Below are positions 63,131 to 64,000 of a stretch of DNA of 64,000 bases, one piece after another (positions within the stretch are counted from its first letter, which is position 1; each line of letters starts with the position of its first letter). The position numbers and the translations under genes are program-made. The notes beneath the pieces were generated by a model that was not told the origin of the DNA, made no database searches, and was given only the letters and a program-made list of their open reading frames with translations. The stretch spans positions 47,048 through 111,047 of the forward strand of contig JAEWUO010000013.1 in assembly GCA_023459335.1 (NCBI GenBank), given 5' to 3'. The DNA comes from Bacillota bacterium (GTDB lineage Bacteria; Bacillota; Clostridia; Christensenellales; CAG-138).

Positions 63131-64000
63131 TCAGGAATCTTCCGAAGATTCTGCCGAACGCGTCTCGTCCGGAATAGCATCGGGACTCCGCCGGCGCAGC
63201 GCCGCAAACACCGCTGCGCACAGGATCAGGACCGTGCCCGCGAGCGGCCACATATTCTGATACCGGCTGTATGTGCTCATGAAATATCCGCATAAAGCAG
63301 CGACCAGTCCGCCGATTTGCAGGATCAACGAGGCGAGTGAAAGGATGCCCGCGCGGTGGCTGTCCGGTGTGAGACGGTTGAGCAGCGTGTTTTCCGTGAC
63401 GCTGCCGCCGCCGACCATGAGATAAGCGGCCAGATAGACCGCGATGAACGCGATTTTTCCGCCCTGAAAGAACAGCAGGACGAGACTTCCGCCGATCAGC
63501 GCTTTAAAAAGCAGAAGCAGTGCAACGCCGGATTGCTCAAACCGTGAAATCAGGCGTTCCGCTGCCCAGCTGCCGAGGATGACGAAGACAAACCCCGAAA
63601 AACTCACGGCTCCGAACAGCCAGGCGGGCGAACGCATGGCGGAAAGAGCGGGCTGCCAGTAGGTTTCCACGGAGCTGAATGCAAAGCCGGTCGCGAGCGT
63701 AAGCACAAACAGCGTGCGGAAGGTTCCTTTCCGTTTCAGAAACAGAATGCTTCCTTTGGTCTGCGCGGCAAACTGGCGCAGGTCCGCACAAAATTTGCCT
63801 TTTGGCTTGCTGCGGGGCGGTTCCTGCACAAAAAACAATGTCAGGAAAAACAGGCATGCGTAAATACAGGCGTTTGCGCCCAGATTGCCTAAATAACGCG
63901 TTCCGAGCTCCGCGAGCAGGCCGCCCAGAAGCGCGCCTGCCGCGAGTCCCGCGCTTTCGATGATTGAAAGACGCGACGTGATCCGCTGCACGGATGTTCC
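63131..64000 (-). CDS. MFS transporter, N-terminal part beyond the window edge
   Basis: Continuous hydrophobic helices, about 8 TM in the 286 aa visible. The frame stays open to the window end, and an MFS of ~400 aa is expected. Confidence 0.7.
   Translation of the reverse strand, partial: GTSVQRITSRLSIIESAGLAAGALLGGLLAELGTRYLGNLGANACIYACLFFLTLFFVQEPPRSKPKGKFCADLRQFAAQTKGSILFLKRKGTFRTLFVLTLATGFAFSSVETYWQPALSAMRSPAWLFGAVSFSGFVFVILGSWAAERLISRFEQSGVALLLLFKALIGGSLVLLFFQGGKIAFIAVYLAAYLMVGGGSVTENTLLNRLTPDSHRAGILSLASLILQIGGLVAALCGYFMSTYSRYQNMWPLAGTVLILCAAVFAALRRRSPDAIPDETRSAESSEDS

Overview
The window looks like a GC-rich Firmicutes/Clostridia chromosomal segment. That is inferred from gene content only: a YesM/YesN-type two-component triad, glgB-C-D-A with glgD, a CIRCE operator, a sortase, a SpoVD-like PBP with PASTA repeats, and a Firmicute-order dcw cluster. 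I support about 60 protein genes, 2 tRNAs and a set of regulatory sites and terminators.

Layout:
- 1-3.5 kb: sugar-sensing two-component triad.
- 3.7-13 kb: mixed housekeeping genes (PNPOx-like, PrsW, CIRCE-hsp20, acetate-kinase family, sortase, DUF4349, AlaX, AEC transporter).
- 13.4-19.4 kb: glycogen operon.
- 22.8-24.5 kb: birA-bioY with its BirA operator.
- 25.7-27.5 kb: ABC-2 exporter.
- 27.7-29.9 kb and 36.2-37.8 kb: two GGDEF cyclases.
- 30.9-31.4 kb: ferritin.
- 41.8-42.0 kb: tRNA-Thr/tRNA-Pro.
- 42.8-45.4 kb: AMP-ligase plus E2-like acyltransferase.
- 48.5-52.9 kb: type IIA topoisomerase B/A pair.
- 53.2-61.6 kb: mraZ-rsmH-ftsL-PBP-murE-mraY-murD.

Four visibly AT-rich inserts interrupt the GC-rich backbone, at about 24.5-25.65, 31.9-35.3, 37.9-41.8 and 45.5-47.0 kb. 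Many long ORFs in the track are antisense shadows of real genes in GC-rich DNA and are rejected.

I found no CRISPR array, integrase, intact transposase, prophage or recognisable multi-gene defence system, so I cannot name a clear novel system.

The observations I consider most worth follow-up:
1. The dcw-cluster class B PBP and the adjacent MraY homologue both carry substitutions at residues I recall as catalytically invariant, while MurE, MurD and RsmH look intact.
2. A tRNA-Pro-flanking AT-rich island is partitioned by three copies of a repeat that carries a tRNA T-arm-like string plus a hairpin.
3. A compositionally mosaic AT-rich locus holds a possibly frameshifted Cys/His hydrolase-like protein next to a small membrane-anchored protein.
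4. A single-gene AT-rich orphan sits directly against the BirA operator.

All motif comparisons were done by eye and from memory and need alignment-based confirmation.
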